A DNA stretch of 64,000 nt from the human T2T-CHM13v2.0 reference genome, Homo sapiens, in NCBI RefSeq assembly GCF_009914755.1, contig NC_060926.1. One strand, given 5' to 3'. Of this stretch, positions 23,981 to 38,060 are shown one piece after another; the first letter of the stretch is position 1; every line of letters begins with the position of its first letter. The position numbers and the translations under genes were made by a program. The notes beneath the pieces were generated by a model. It was not told the origin of the DNA. It made no database searches and saw only the letters and a list, made by a program, of their open reading frames with translations.

Positions 23981-26774
23981 TAGAAAAGAGTCATGCACAG
24001 AATTCTCTAGACAGAGACAGGGGGAGTCTTTCATCCCATCAGAAAAGGAGCATCTGAGAGGCCTTCCAGGGGGAGTAATGTCTACACTGAGCCCTTTCTC
24101 AACGAGGCTCAAAGAGGCTGCGGCTGCTTTACCAGTGACAGCTCTAGCCTCACTCCGTGCCCCTACTCCCCTGCCTCCTGGATAAAAAGTAGTAAAATAT
24201 TCAATCACAGAATGTCCTGTGTCCTGAAAGCCCACAATCCAAGGTAAACAGAACTCTCTCTCAAATCACTCAGCACAAATCCAAATCCTGAAGCCAGCCC
24301 CTCCCAGTACGCTCTCACTGAACACCTCCCCGATTTCCCGGAGTGCAATCTCCCGGCAGCTGGAAGTTAACCTAACTTCACTGACTGCAGTTGTTCCCTG
24401 GACATTAACAAGCCAGATGATAGTCTCTAAAACTCATGACAACTTTAGCCCTTAAAACTGAGACACCCGTGACATCCTGAATGTGGCACACAGGGCAGTT
24501 CCTCAACTTGCCCATCACCCCCACCCCAGAAAGTCCAGGCAGACAAGATGGGTATCAAAGCAGGGAGACAGACTCTAATGTGGGCGGAGGGATGTGCTGC
24601 TGGCGTTTGCTTACACAGAAGCATCAGGAAGATGTTCAACAAATCTCCACTTACAATATCCTATTTTAAGTGAATTTCACAGACTTCAAAGCAGCGTGAC
24701 CCCTAAAAGCTGCAGCAACTCTCCCGCCTCAGGTACTTTAAACCCAAGTGTGGAGTGCTGCCCTCTGGTTTCCCTCAGCCCAGCTCCCCCACTTCCTCAG
24801 ACATGTGGCCTGTTTAGAATTCCCTCTCTCAGATGATCTCTCTCTGATCTTACATATTTTATATCTCATTGTTGGATGTGTGATCTGTTGTCATTCAAGA
24901 ACCTCCACAGCCTAATACAGCAGCCACCCTCCCATACGGTGCCTTTGTACAAATGAGAAAGCAGGTACCCCCTCTTGAGGACAGCCCAGGGACATAGGGC
25001 TTGGTGTGTGGGTATTGCCTTTGTGCAAATTCAAAACAGAAGCCCAATGCTAGGACACTTAGTGAGTGGAGCACAGGTTGGATTTCACCCTCTCTTCTCT
25101 TCCTCATTAGCCAGGCTCCCTTGTGCAGTGCACAAACTGCACAACCACACACAGCAGCCCTATGTCTACACACAATTCATAAACATCTCATGCCCATGAC
25201 TCAAACCTGTATCTCTAGCCTGCATCTCTTCTGAACCTAGAATAACCAAATGCCAACTGACATCTCTTGAAAGTCCCACCAGCTTCTCAAACTCAATCCC
25301 ATATTCCCAATCCAACTGATCAGCAGGCCTACTAAGCATAGAGGCCCGGAATTTCCTTCCCAGCTTGCTGTAATAACCCCACCTAGGTGTCGGTTGGCCT
25401 CTACACAGCTTTCAGAGTGATCTTTCTACAACAGAAATCTGCTTGCATTACTCCCCTGCTTGCATTTCAGTGGCTCTGAGTGTCCAGCAGAATAAAGCCA
25501 AAGCACCATAACAGGATCTTCCATGCCATTTATCACCTGGACCCGATCCCCTTCCCAAGGTCACCTCCAGATACTGAATACTTGAGCCAGACTTGGCCTG
25601 TCTTCCCAAATGCATGCACAGGGCTCTGGTATGCATCTGGGTTTGATGCATGCTGCACTCCTGCTAAGGACACAGTCACCTCTGCCAAACCTCTCCTTGC
25701 CACCATGATCTAAGTCTGCTTACCCCGCTGGTTCATATCCCACTGACTCCACTCCTGCACCATGGTTTCAGCTAGACGCCTCCTCCCTCATTCCCTCTTT
25801 CTCCTACAGCTCCTGGCGGGGTAGGGTGCCCCTTTCCAGGCTCCCCAAGCTTCCTTCACCTCTACTGGAACACTCGGTAACCCTGAGCTTTCATAGCTGA
25901 TTACCTCGCCTCTCTCCTCCAACCAGACCATGAACACCTTACGGACAGAGCCTGTGTCATCCTTTTCTCTGTGGTCCCAACTCTGACTTGGCCATCATCT
26001 CCTTGGGTAGCCTTGTGCAAGCTGCTTACCCTCCCTGGGCACCAGTTTCCTTTCTTACCTCTCAAGTGGCCTTGGCCATGGTAGAAGTCCTGCCCTGCCT
26101 AGATATTCTATGACTTGCTGAGCCTGGACTTTTGAGTGAGTAGCCGCGCTCTACACCTGAGCATGTCTCAAGCCTGGCAGAAGCCCCCAAGGTAGTGTCC
26201 TCCTCTCCGAGGTACATGGCATAGCAGCCACTGCCCATGTATCTGAGAAGGATTGGGCCTTTTCTGCTTCTAAGACAGTCCTTTCTACTGCTTTCCTCCC
26301 CCCATCTGGAAATATTTCCTGAACTAAAGCAACTTTTGCAAGCCTCTACCTCATCTAAAAGGAGCAACACTGAAAAGGGACCCAGAAGCATCTCTAATGG
26401 TGCCAGTGCTGGACAAATCTCGTGCTGCTTTGGGTCTTATTCTAATGTATCCCCCTAACCAGAAAGGCCCCCCATTCCCAACCATTGTGGTCTAATCCCA
26501 GGTGTAGCCATCCCATGAGTCTGCTGAGAGGATGCCAGGCCCATCTCCACTCCCTCCTCCCTCCCACTGCACTTGCCACCTCCTCCTGGCAATTGGTCTC
26601 TTGGTCGCATCATGCTCTGGACACTTAGTTTGTTCCATGTGTCTTCTCTGCCCTATCAGATTGTGAGCTCCACAGCGCAACAGTGACCAATTTGGAGATG
26701 ACCTAGCACTGTGGGAACAGAGAGAGTGCTGTCATTTCAATAAGGAGTGGGCAGTGATGCTGGACTGTACTCAC

Positions 26775-26855
26775 CAGGCTGGACGCTGTGACTTCACTGC
26801 AAGAAACTCCCTTAGGGCTGATCAGGAAGTGGTCCTGCTCCTTGCTGACTCTCAA
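26775..26855 (-). CDS. ADD2: beta-adducin exon 6
   Basis: tttcctccag|TTG; [27 protein letters not shown]; 81 nt; donor CTG|gtgagt. Confidence 0.96.
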
Positions 26856-27298
26856 CTGGAGGAAAGACACAAGTTCTCAGGGGCAAGGAGGGAGAAAGGA
26901 CATTTCCAAGGACACTGTGCTTGAATCCCCTCTTCCCCTGAATCTACTGCACCCAAGTCCATCTCTAATGAACCCTTATCTCTCCCCCCCAGCCATAAGA
27001 GATAAAAAGAACTCAGCTTTTATTTGGAGCAGGAGAAAGGGAGCTACAAAAGGAAACTCACTATGATCAAGGGTAGCTCTAGGATAGGATCCAGGAGTTC
27101 CTTCCCATCCAAAAAAGTGCCCACTGGGCAGGATGCCTTATCAATGACCACAGTGGTTAAAAAACTTGGAAGGGTTCAGTGCATTTTAGCCAAAGGTCAC
27201 CAGCAGTGCCATGGCCATGCCAAGGGTCAGGAGTTCTCCCTTTGGGTTTTGTGGGACCACATGCAGTGCCCCACCCAATTCCAGGGCGTTCTGCTCAC

Positions 27299-27450
27299 CG
27301 TGACATAGGTGTCACTCAGCTGGGCCCAGCCATAGAGGTCCAGGAGTCGGTAGACACTGCTGATCTTGCACCGCATGAGCCGCTCCCCTTTGGCCAGGTT
27401 CAGGGAGTCAGCTGTGTGGAGGTCATTGATAGGCGTCATCATGGAGACAT
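27299..27450 (-). CDS. ADD2: beta-adducin exon 5
   Basis: ctgcag|AT; (N)[50 protein letters not shown]; 152 nt; donor ACG|gtgagc. Confidence 0.96.
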
Positions 27451-27932
27451 CTGCAGGGACAGTGCAGTTCTCTCAGGGCCAGGGCCCATCTGCCCTCCCC
27501 TTCCTTGCTCCAGTGTTCTCCAAATTCTCACTGGCACTAAAACTGCACAGGAGACTTCCCCAGGCAGGGAATTAAACATTCTTTGACCCTTACCTGGGGC
27601 AGGAGTCCACAGAATCGACGTCTGTGCCCAATAAAGTCTGCTCATTCAGATAAACTTTTGCTCAAAAATCATGGCAAGTCTCAAGGCCACAGAATGAAGG
27701 GTTCTGGGAATGCCACACAGGTTCTGGGAATGCCAAGCTTACCATAAACTCTGAAGATGGGCACTGAATCAAAGCAAGAATAAACCTCTGAGTGGAAACA
27801 TGGGTATATTTCATCAGTTATTATTAATGAAGAAGTTACTCGTCATTAAACCAGCTATTACATTGTTTTAACGACACCATGTAATCACATTTTCTGTGAT
27901 TTAGAAACAGGGAAAATAGAAAGCCAGATCAG

Positions 27933-28218
27933 AGCTGGGTGCGGTGGCTCACACCTGTAATCCCAGCATTTTGGGAGGTCGAGGCGGGCGGATCACAAGG
28001 TCGAGAGATCAAGACCATCCTGGCCAACACAGTGAAACCCCGTCTCTACTAAAAATACAAAAATTAGCTGGGTGTGGTGGCACGCGCCTGTAATACCAGC
28101 TACTCAGGAGGCTGAGGCAGGAGAATCGTTTGAACCTGGGAGGTGGAGGTTGCAGTGCACCACTGCACGCCAGCCTGGGGACAGAGCGAGACTCCGTCCC
28201 CCACACCCTCCCAAAAAG
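27933..28218 (+). mobile_element. AluS-type SINE
   Basis: Alu dimer with right-arm deletion; perfect 15-bp TSD agaaagccagatcag at 27918-27932 and 28219-28233. Confidence 0.9.
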
Positions 28219-28726
28219 AGAAAGCCAGATCAGCCTGAAAGTAACTTCCTCAAGTTTTTCTAACAAGTCATAAACTTCTGGAAGTGAGTGCAGCTGTGGC
28301 TGGCTGAAAGGCCAGAGGCCTCAGGCAGGGTACCTAGGCTCCTCTCTGGGCATGCAGTCCCTTAGCTATACGGTGGTTCTTTCTGGGAATTTGAGGGGAT
28401 GTGGAAGGGATTTGGAAATGGGCCTAGAGGGTTTGATAGTCTTGTCCTCAGGGCATGCAAGGGTCTAGGATATGACATCCAGTCTATCCCGTTAACCATG
28501 ATGACCACTGCCTACATGCCTCAGGAAGGGAGCAGAGGGCATCTGAGCTCTAGCATCTGAATCAGCATCTAGGAACTAATAAGAGAATCAATAGGAAAGG
28601 TTCTGGCTTAAAATGGTGTCTGGCTGGGAGCCTCCTGATGCTGCCTCTCCCAGCTCCCACCAAAGATTTTAATGGATCAGGATGCTCTTTGGAAGCTTTT
28701 ACCACCTCTGTGAAACTTGCTGCAGT

Positions 28727-28865
28727 ACGATGTATATCCTGCATCGAGTGTGCCATTAGTGGAAGTGATGACGTGGTCTACAAAAGCGAGGGCGGACGAT
28801 GTATGTCCTGCATCGAGTGTGCCATTAGTGGAAGTGATGATGTGGTCTACAAAAAGCGAGGGCAG
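28727..28865 (+). repeat. 69/70-bp tandem duplication
   Basis: Copies at 28727-28795 and 28796-28865; 3 substitutions and 1 indel. Confidence 0.92.
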
Positions 28866-29479
28866 ACTGGGTGCTGGGCCAACATCCAGCGAGCAGAGCA
28901 GGCCTTGAATCACCCATGTCAGGAAACGCACACAAGGGCCTTGCCAACCAGAGGTGATACACCTCCAGGGCAGGTGCCCTGCAAACACAGATAGCAGGGA
29001 CAGCAGTGGTCCAAAAGCCTAGTTAGACTGCCAAGGACAACAACAAACTTCCAAAGTTAAGGATTTCTAATTCAAATTGACCAGTTTGGGATTGCCTCCT
29101 CCCCTCTGTGGGTTCCCCAGACAAGAAATTACTTCTCTGCTTCATGCCTAGCAGCGAGGAGGGCATGTCAAAAGCACAGGGCCCCAGGCAAAGGTGGGCA
29201 GGTGGGGCTGATGTTGGGAGGTCTATATAGTCTATACCACAGTTCTTTGAATACTTCTCCTACAAATAACCATGGGGCCCCAGTGATGGCCAGGGGGCCA
29301 GAACAGGTCTGAAAATACTCACCCCATCACATCATCTGTGTCTGTATCAAAGACAGTCCCTCTCCCCAACCCCGTGGAGGTTCAACTAAGAGGATGACCT
29401 CACCCACAGGTACAAGGGGCAGAAGAAGAAGAGAACAGGAGGGCTCAAAAGGAGCTCCCGATCCCCTGCTCTGAGTCTC

Positions 29480-29780
29480 AAGAGAGGTGGGATGAAGACA
29501 GGTTGATTAATGAGTACAAAAACACAGACAGACCGAATAAGTTCTAGAATTTGAAAGTACAATAGGGCAACTGTAGTTAACAAGAATTCATAGTGTATTT
29601 CAAAACAGCTAGAAGAAAAGACGTGGAATGCTCCCAATAAATAAATGATAAGTGTTTGAGGTGATGGTTATTCCAATTATCCTGATTTGATCATTATATT
29701 ATTATTTATATATAAAAATGTCGCTTGTACCCCATAAATATGTACAACTATTAGGTATCCATTTTAAAAAGAAAATAATA
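29480..29780 (+). mobile_element. L1MA-type 3' end fragment
   Basis: gttgattaatgagtacaaaaacacag...gtgtttgaggtgatggttattccaattatcctgatttgatcatt...cataaatatgtacaacta. Confidence 0.7.
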
Positions 29781-30551
29781 TTACAACAAGTTTTTAAAAG
29801 CTTATTCTAATTGGCCTCACGAAAGTTAGGATGGCTAAATGTCACGTTTATAAATCAGATCTAACTGAGCCATTTAGTCAAAGTACCTAAGAAAACACAG
29901 AAAAAGATGAAAACTCACCATGGTCCCTGAAAGCTAAGACTTAAGGGCACACTGATGCTCAAAACCCCAATTTCTAAGGCAAATGGAGCTAGACAGATAA
30001 CAACCTATCTGGGCTTGAACTCTTGGTACTTGAAACTTCCCCTCTCCGCATCCCTGACTCAGATATCCTGGATGTGTACCAAGCAGATTTCCAGGCATCC
30101 ATCTGTCTTCCTGACAGATGTTGATTGGTGAGGCAATGGGAATGCTGGTCAGCCCCATTCCTTTCTCAGGAGGAAGAGTATAATGACAGACGTGGAAAGG
30201 ATGGTAGAGAATATGACAGATTTGGGAGATAAAAACCAGAGAGCCCGGCTATAGATAAGCCATGTGAATATGGTAGAAGAAACATTTTCTGAACTGTAAA
30301 AAAAAAGACCTGTGCATGTGAGTACTCACTGATTATGGGGAAAGTTCATATAAAGAAAAAAACCTACAATTATATGCTTCCTGGTAACATTTCTGAAATA
30401 CAGGGATAAGGGGAAAATATCCATAAGCATCTAGAAAAAAAATGTTTGGCGACCTAAAAAGGAACCAAAAAAATTGGCTATCCCATTTCTCTGTTACAGC
30501 CACAGAATGTCAGATGGCAATGCTATAGGAAGTTTACAAAAAATAAAAACA

Positions 30552-30853
30552 GGCCAGGCACAGTGGCTCACACCTGCAGTCCCAGCACTCTGGGAAGCGG
30601 ATGCAGAAAACTCGCTTGAGCCTAGGAGTTTCAGACCAGCCTGGGCAACACAGTGAGAACTCGTCTCTATAAAAAATTTTAAAATTGCCCAGGCATGGTG
30701 GCACATGCCTGTAGTCCCAGCTACTTGGGAGGCTGAGGCAGAAAGATCACTTGAGCCCAGGAGGTTGAGGCTGCAGTGAGCTGTGTTTGCACCATTGCTC
30801 TCCAGCCTAGGAGACAGGGCAAGATCCTGTCTCAAAAACAAAACAAAAAAAAC
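30552..30853 (+). mobile_element. AluJ-type SINE within old L1
   Basis: ggccaggcacagtggctcacacc...cacttgagcccaggaggttgaggctgcagtgag...A-rich tail. Confidence 0.88.
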
Positions 30854-33148
30854 CCCACTAAAATAAAGTGGCTCCAAAGAGGTAAAAATAAAAGGAAGAT
30901 CAAAAATACACCAGGCAAATATAAACAAAAACTACGCAGAGGTCATCACATTATTATCAAAATAGAAGTTGGGCAAAACAATATTCTCTTATACAAAGAA
31001 GCTATTTAATAGGTCATTTTATATGAATTAAAGGTGCAATCAATAATGAAGCTATAACTATCAGTCATGCTTATGCCGTGAATATTTCAAGACATAGAAA
31101 GCAAAAACTATCATAAATACCAAGAGAAATGAACAGAAATCAAATGTAATGGGAGAAAATTGTTTACAAAATCAAATTAAGACAAAAATATAGATTAAAT
31201 ACCATGCTATAGAGATGGTATATACCCATTATCATTTTTAAATGATATTATTAGGTCACAGAGAATACCTGAATATATCTCCAACACAGAAATTAAATAG
31301 GCCATATTTTCTAAACATAATGCAATAAAATCCAATGCTATTAGCAAACCTTTAAAAGACTAAGCATTCAACCACTTGGAAATAAGAAAACACTCCTAGA
31401 TAGCTCTTAGAAGAAAAATAAAGTCCAAACAGCAACTGCAAGCTATTTAGAAATTAACAATAAAATAATTACTATGTGTCAAATTCCTGAGATAAGGCCA
31501 AACATATACTCATAGAAAAAAATTTATAGCCTTAAATGTCTTTATTATTGAATTCAGTATAAAAATAAATACATTTTATGCTGCTCTAGAAAATACATAA
31601 ATAACAAAATAGAAAAGTTATGGAAAAGGATTAATGAATATAGAAATAAAACTAATGAATCAGGAAGCAGAAAGAATAACAGGACCAATAAGTAAATCCA
31701 AGAATTGGCTTATGTGAGATGATCTATGAATAAACAAATATCTAGATTGGTCAATAAAGAGAAAGCAAAAATTTACATAGCACCAGGAATGAGAATGGGA
31801 TGTTATCTCATCTACTTTAGCAGGAAATTTGAATGATAAAAATAATATTGTAAATGACTCATAATTTTGAAAAACTCCATAAAATGGTTTATTTTACACA
31901 AAATATATGACGAAAATTTAACCAAGAAGCAGCAAAATAAATTTTAAAACCCCAGATGAAACTGAGGACAAAAACATCAAAAATCCCTAAAAATATTCCA
32001 GATCTAGATGACATTCTAAGTGAATAATAAATCTCAAGGAACAGAGATTTCCTATCTTATTTAAACTATATCAGGGTAAAAAAGAGAGAGAAATCACCTT
32101 GATTCATGTTATGAAATTACAGTCATGGTATCAATACTAGGTAAAGACTGCCCAAAAAGTGAACTGCTAACCAATCTCATGTGTGAATATGAATGCAAAA
32201 ATCTTTAATAAAATTCTGGAAAATCAAATCCAGAAGGGTATTTTTAAAAGAATGCATCAAGACCAAGAATGATTTATTTCAGTAATGAAAAAGGAGTTCA
32301 ATACTCAGAAATCTGTTACTAAAACTCATCACCTCAATAGTTCAAGGGAAAAAAAAACCAATAAATGGCCAAAATGTATTTTATGACATTCAACATCCAT
32401 TCCTGAGAAAAACTCATAGTGAACTAGAATAAAAAGATATTTCCTCAACACGATAAAAAATAATTGTCTCAAACTCTTGTGGTAAAACAACTTCCATTAA
32501 AGTCAGAAATAAGACAAGGATAATTAATCTATTATTAAACATTGTTCTGAAAGTTCTAACAGATGCAATGAGAAAACTGGAAAAATAAGCCAATGGGTAA
32601 ATGTTGAAATGAAGGAAGCAAAATGATCATGATTTGCAGATTATGTGATTTTTGTATATACAATACCCAAAAGAATTAACTGAGATGATATTAAAATTTA
32701 AATAAGAGTTCAATAAGGGGCTAGTGTATACACACATGCACACACACACTTATATGTATATATATATCTAACAATTTATCTTAAATGAGAACTATAACCA
32801 GAAAGAAAATAGAATGGATAAAGATTCACTTAAAATAACAAAGTTATTTAAAAATTTCAGAGTAAACTTCATAAGAAATTAGTAAGAACTACATGAAAAT
32901 AATTACTAAACTTCTCTGATGGATATGAAAGAAGACTTAAATAAATAAAAGACATATCTCATTTCTGAAAAGATTTACAATTCACTCATGTAAATATCTT
33001 TAAGTACCTACTATGTGCCAGATACATTCTAAATCAAAGGATATAGCAGTGGACCAAACTTACAAATTTCCCCTACAGAGCTTACATTCTAATATAAAAT
33101 TATAAATTTATAAATTCTTCACCAAATCAATTTATTCGTTTAATGTAA

Positions 33149-33566
<418 letters not shown>

Positions 33567-33896
33567 TGACAAATGCATAATTAAGGGTATTTGTTCCATC
33601 AGATGATGAAACATGGGAAAGGTATTTCTAAGCATGCAATCAAAAGCAGAACACACAAAGGAAAATTACAATGGTTTCCGCTACACAGAAACTAAAGAAT
33701 TCTACAAGACAAAAAAAATGCCATGGACAAAACTAAAAGACAAAGGAGAAACTGGAAAAAAAAAAAGCAATATATTTGACAGATAATAGAGAAACAGCTT
33801 TACTTTATAAAAATGTAAAAATCTATAAGAAAATAATACACTAATAGGAAAATAGGCAAAGGATGTAAAAAGGCAATTTACTATAAAAAGAAAGTC

Positions 33897-34310
<414 letters not shown>

Positions 34311-35374
34311 TCATGTCCAATATGTATGTGAAAATACATTAATATATCCAACCTCATCAGTAGTCAAACAAATGCACATTAAAACACAAATAAAGTATTA
34401 TTTGTCACCTACTGAATCAGGAGGATGAAACAAATGGTAGTATACACTATGGACCAGGGTAGAGGAAATGGGCACTCTACCGCATTACTGTTGGGAACGT
34501 AAATTGGATCCATTTGGAGAAAGGATGTAATCTGCCATTCTGCATTAAAGTCTTTAAAACATGCATGCATGTACTTCAATTCAGCAATTCTACTAGTAAT
34601 TTATCTTAAGAAAATAATCACGGATATAATCTCAGGTTTATTTACAAGGATGTTTATTGCATTGTTCCTAACAGAAAAAGTTGGAAATAACCTAAAAGTC
34701 CAACAATGGGAAATTTATTAAATAGCATGTATCCACCAAAAATTATATTATAGAACCATATTTTATGTGATTACATTTGTGTTTGCATAATCTATATATG
34801 TTAAGAAAAAAAGGACTGGAAGGATATATGTTCACCAAAATATTAAGAATAGTAATATGAGGGCTTTAAGAACACAGTAGAATGATTTCTGCTTCCCTTT
34901 CTTGGTTATTTTCACAGTTTTCAGCCATAATCCTGTAATAATCTTATTGAGGGGGAGTTATTTTTTGATGCTTGTGTTTTAAACGTTATGGGCAGAGCAT
35001 AACAGCCCAGGAGGGTGGCTTCCTGCATAGCCCTGGCTGGCTCCTCTCAGCCCTCATCTGTGGAGTCAGGTTGGCCTGTCTAGTGGGGCATGGAAACACA
35101 GGCTTCAGTGGTCTCTTCCCGTCCACTGAAGTCACCTCCACCCTCTTATTCCTGGCATTGGGGTAATTTTTCTGTGGACGTTTAATTTGCAGCAACATCA
35201 GAAGCAGAGCCAGGTACCTCTCTGGCTGCTGCTGAGCTCCCCAAGGCCTGATAACACAATGGGCTGCTTACTCCATAGCCTGGCAACCAGATGCTTCTTG
35301 CTGCTCCTCCCTCTCTTCCCCACCCCACCCTCCCCTCCACCTCTGCTCCTGGCAGCTCCCCAGACACCACATAC

Positions 35375-35513
35375 TCATGGAAGATGTCGGGAAGACTGCG
35401 TGGGAGGTGCTGGCCATGAAGTCCGCGATCTGTCGCAGGGCCCAGATGTTGGAGGAGTTGTTCCCCTTCTTCATCTGCTCCTGGATGAGGCCTTCCAGCT
35501 CCTCCCTGAAAGA
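35375..35513 (-). CDS. ADD2: beta-adducin exon 4
   Basis: cttcag|TCT; [46 protein letters not shown]; 139 nt; donor A|gtatgt. Confidence 0.96.
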
Positions 35514-37239
35514 CTGAAGCAGGCCCCGAGGTGCTTGTCCCCCCACAGCCTCTCACACAGCTGCCCAACAATGAGCTCTTCCAAGTGCCCACCCCTTGCC
35601 CCTGGGTCAGCTAGGTCAGGGCCATGCTCAGGGTCCCCAGCTACAGGGGACACTGAGCAGTTCCACTAGGACCTCAGGAATTGCTGTATGGGAAGCAACA
35701 AAGAAATGCTGGGAATGGATCTTGTGTTCCCTTGCCCTGTGGGCAGTAATCCAGATTCCAGGTCCTTTCTGTGTCTAAATGAGGGCCAAGACCCCTCCCC
35801 ACCATCAGACATGGTAGGACTTCACTTTAGTAATGAAGGACATTTTTTTAGGCAGAACTGAATGGAGAGAGCCACCATCCCTCTCCATTAGCGATGCCTG
35901 TGATTCTTTCGGGCTTCAGTTTCCTCATGTGCTTAATGAAAGGGTAGGAGGAAGAACAGGAAGATTTGATGACCTCTGAGGTCACTTCCACTCCTGATGT
36001 CCAACTCTAAGCCTGGCTTTTCAGACCATGAAGCCATAAGCAAGGAATCCTGCCCACCAGGTGGCAGGAGAAAACACTCAGGAGGAAATGGGGGGCCACT
36101 TAGGTGTGTTGGCCAACCTGTAAAAGGGAAGAAGGAAGCAGGCCCTCCTCCAACCCCTATTTACTGCCTGAGCCCTGAAATCTGGGCTGGTGCTAACTCT
36201 GCCGCCTCTCCTAACCCCCTTGCCACCCCTCCTAGTCACACTCTGGGGGTTTTCCCAGAGGCTCTTCACCCCAATGCTTTCAGCATCTGCCATATTCCTC
36301 CCAGCTCCCCAACACAATATCTGGGCACAGATATTGGACCTCGGCCCATTCCCTGGAGCTGCTCTGTGTGGCCTGAGTATGCACCATGGCTCCCAGCCAG
36401 GGTCTCACACAGCCCCTGCACAGGCCCTGGCTCTCTGGAGCCCAGAAGGCCAAGGCAGAGCGGCTCCCATCTCGAGCCCATCCTGGCAAGCAATTGGAGA
36501 TGCCAACTCTGTCCCTGGGCTTCCCGATCCTTAGGATCATGGGCTGATTCCTGAGGCCCCCCAAGCTCTTCCTCAGTCAGACCCCTCTTGCCTCCACCAC
36601 AGTGATCTCCCTCTGCCTTCAGTGGTCCACAGGGCCCACCCTTCGGCCTTCTCAAGGCACTACCTGCCTCAAGGAGGAGCTGTGTCCATGCCAGGCAGGA
36701 ACCAACTGGCCCCAAGTAAGGAGGGATGTGAGTGATCCCGACTTGCCTTCCCTTCCCACACCCCATCCCACAGCCCGGCTGAGCCCTCCACTCTGCCCAC
36801 CTCCTGGGGCTTCCAGGCTCTCCTCAGCCCCATCCCATTCATGTCAAAGCTTCATTTGTCCCGACAGAAAGTTCTTACTTTGTGGTGTTCAGTAAAGGGA
36901 GCCCCAAGCCCTCCTCCTGGCACCCTGCTGGTCTCTAGTTTACATGGATTTGTCCGTTCACTGTCATAGCTTTTGGTGAGGAGGGAAGACTGGGAACTGA
37001 GGCTCCGAAGGGGCACAGGAAACTGAGGGGGACTCCTGTCTCCGTCCCACCTCCCCCCGCACCAAGCCAAACTGCCACACACAAGCCAGGTTCTGCCATC
37101 CACCAGTTACAAGGGAGAGTGTCAAGGCCCCAGGTGACCAGATCCGTCTTGCTCAGTGGGCTTACATTTCTACTGACCCTGAGCAAGGGAAAGAGGAGTT
37201 ACTCATCTTTCGGGTGGGTACACGTCCTGAAGAGCCAGC

Positions 37240-37560
37240 GCCCCCTGCGCCCTCTCCCGCCCGGGTCAGCCCCACTCACGGGACTCTGCAGGATCATGGT
37301 GACGCGCTTCTTCTGCTCCATCAGGTTGAAGTCCTGCCGCAGGTCCGCCGCCCGGTTGCGAAGGCGCATGTACTCGGGGTCGTCCTCTGAGAAGCGGTCA
37401 AAGTAAGGCTGCCCCTGCGGGGGCGGCGGCGAGGCAGCCTCGGGGACCGTCTCTTCGCTCATTTTCCCGGTGGGTTTGCAATTCGCTCCTGGAACTCTAC
37501 AGAGAAGGGGAGAGGGTATGCGGTCAGGTTGGTGCTCCCCATCGGGGTACACGTTTCTCA
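37240..37560. promoter_or_regulatory. small CpG-rich patch over the ATG exon
   Basis: Dense CpG (gacgcgc, gccgcaggtccgccgcccggttgcgaaggcgc, gcgggggcggcggcgagg) against a CpG-poor background. Confidence 0.5.
37280..37462 (-). CDS. ADD2: beta-adducin first coding exon (exon 3; exon spans 37280-37496 including 34 nt 5' UTR)
   Basis: Acceptor ccccttctctgtag|AGTT; start GGAAA ATG AGC; encodes [10 protein letters not shown]...VTMILQSP (183 nt); donor CCC|gtgagt. Confidence 0.97.
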
Positions 37561-37927
37561 GAGCACAGGGCTAGGTTCAGATGGATTCTCAGTGGGGTAC
37601 GGCTGTTCCTAGGATGGTAGAGGCAGAGCCTGGGGAGGAGGGCAGGACGCCAGCAGCGGCCCCATATACCCATCTATAGGGGCGCTGCTGTGCCATGAGA
37701 CTAAGTAAAAACATGGGTTCAGGTGTCCACTCCCTTCCCCAACTAGCCAGCCCTTAAATGGTCACACTTGGCTTGGAGTAGAGAGTTCCCCGAATGGAAA
37801 CATGACCTGCAGACCTTGTTGAGCATTTCTGTGATGCACACCTATGCAGTGGTAAGCTACTTACTGGAAATCAGTACTTCATCTAAAATGGAAACCCTCT
37901 AATAAGGCCCCTCAAAAATTATGGTGG

Positions 37928-38060
37928 AAATAGCTAATGCATGCTGGGCTTAACACCTAGGTAATGGGTTGATAGGCGCAGCAAACCACCATGGCACACA
38001 TTTACCTATGTAACAAACCTGCACATCCTGCACACGTATCACAGAACTAAAAAGAAAAAA
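37928..38060 (+). mobile_element. 5'-truncated L1PA 3' end
   Basis: aatagctaatgcatgctgggcttaacacctagg...gtaacaaacctgcacatcctgcac + A tail; TSD aaaaattatggtgg on both sides. Confidence 0.85.

Noticed and set aside
25931-25952. REST/RE1-like site gaacaccttacggacagagcc
   Set aside because: The left half-site is poor and the spacing non-canonical; it lies in repeat-like sequence.
27700-27735. 20-nt period micro-duplication ggttctgggaatgcca
   Set aside because: Ordinary slippage-size duplication with no functional cue.
28727-28865. Possible C/D snoRNA (GTGATGA box) or CRISPR-like repeat
   Set aside because: The box is antisense to the host gene with no matching CTGA D box or terminal stem; only two abutting copies with no spacer, in a eukaryotic context.
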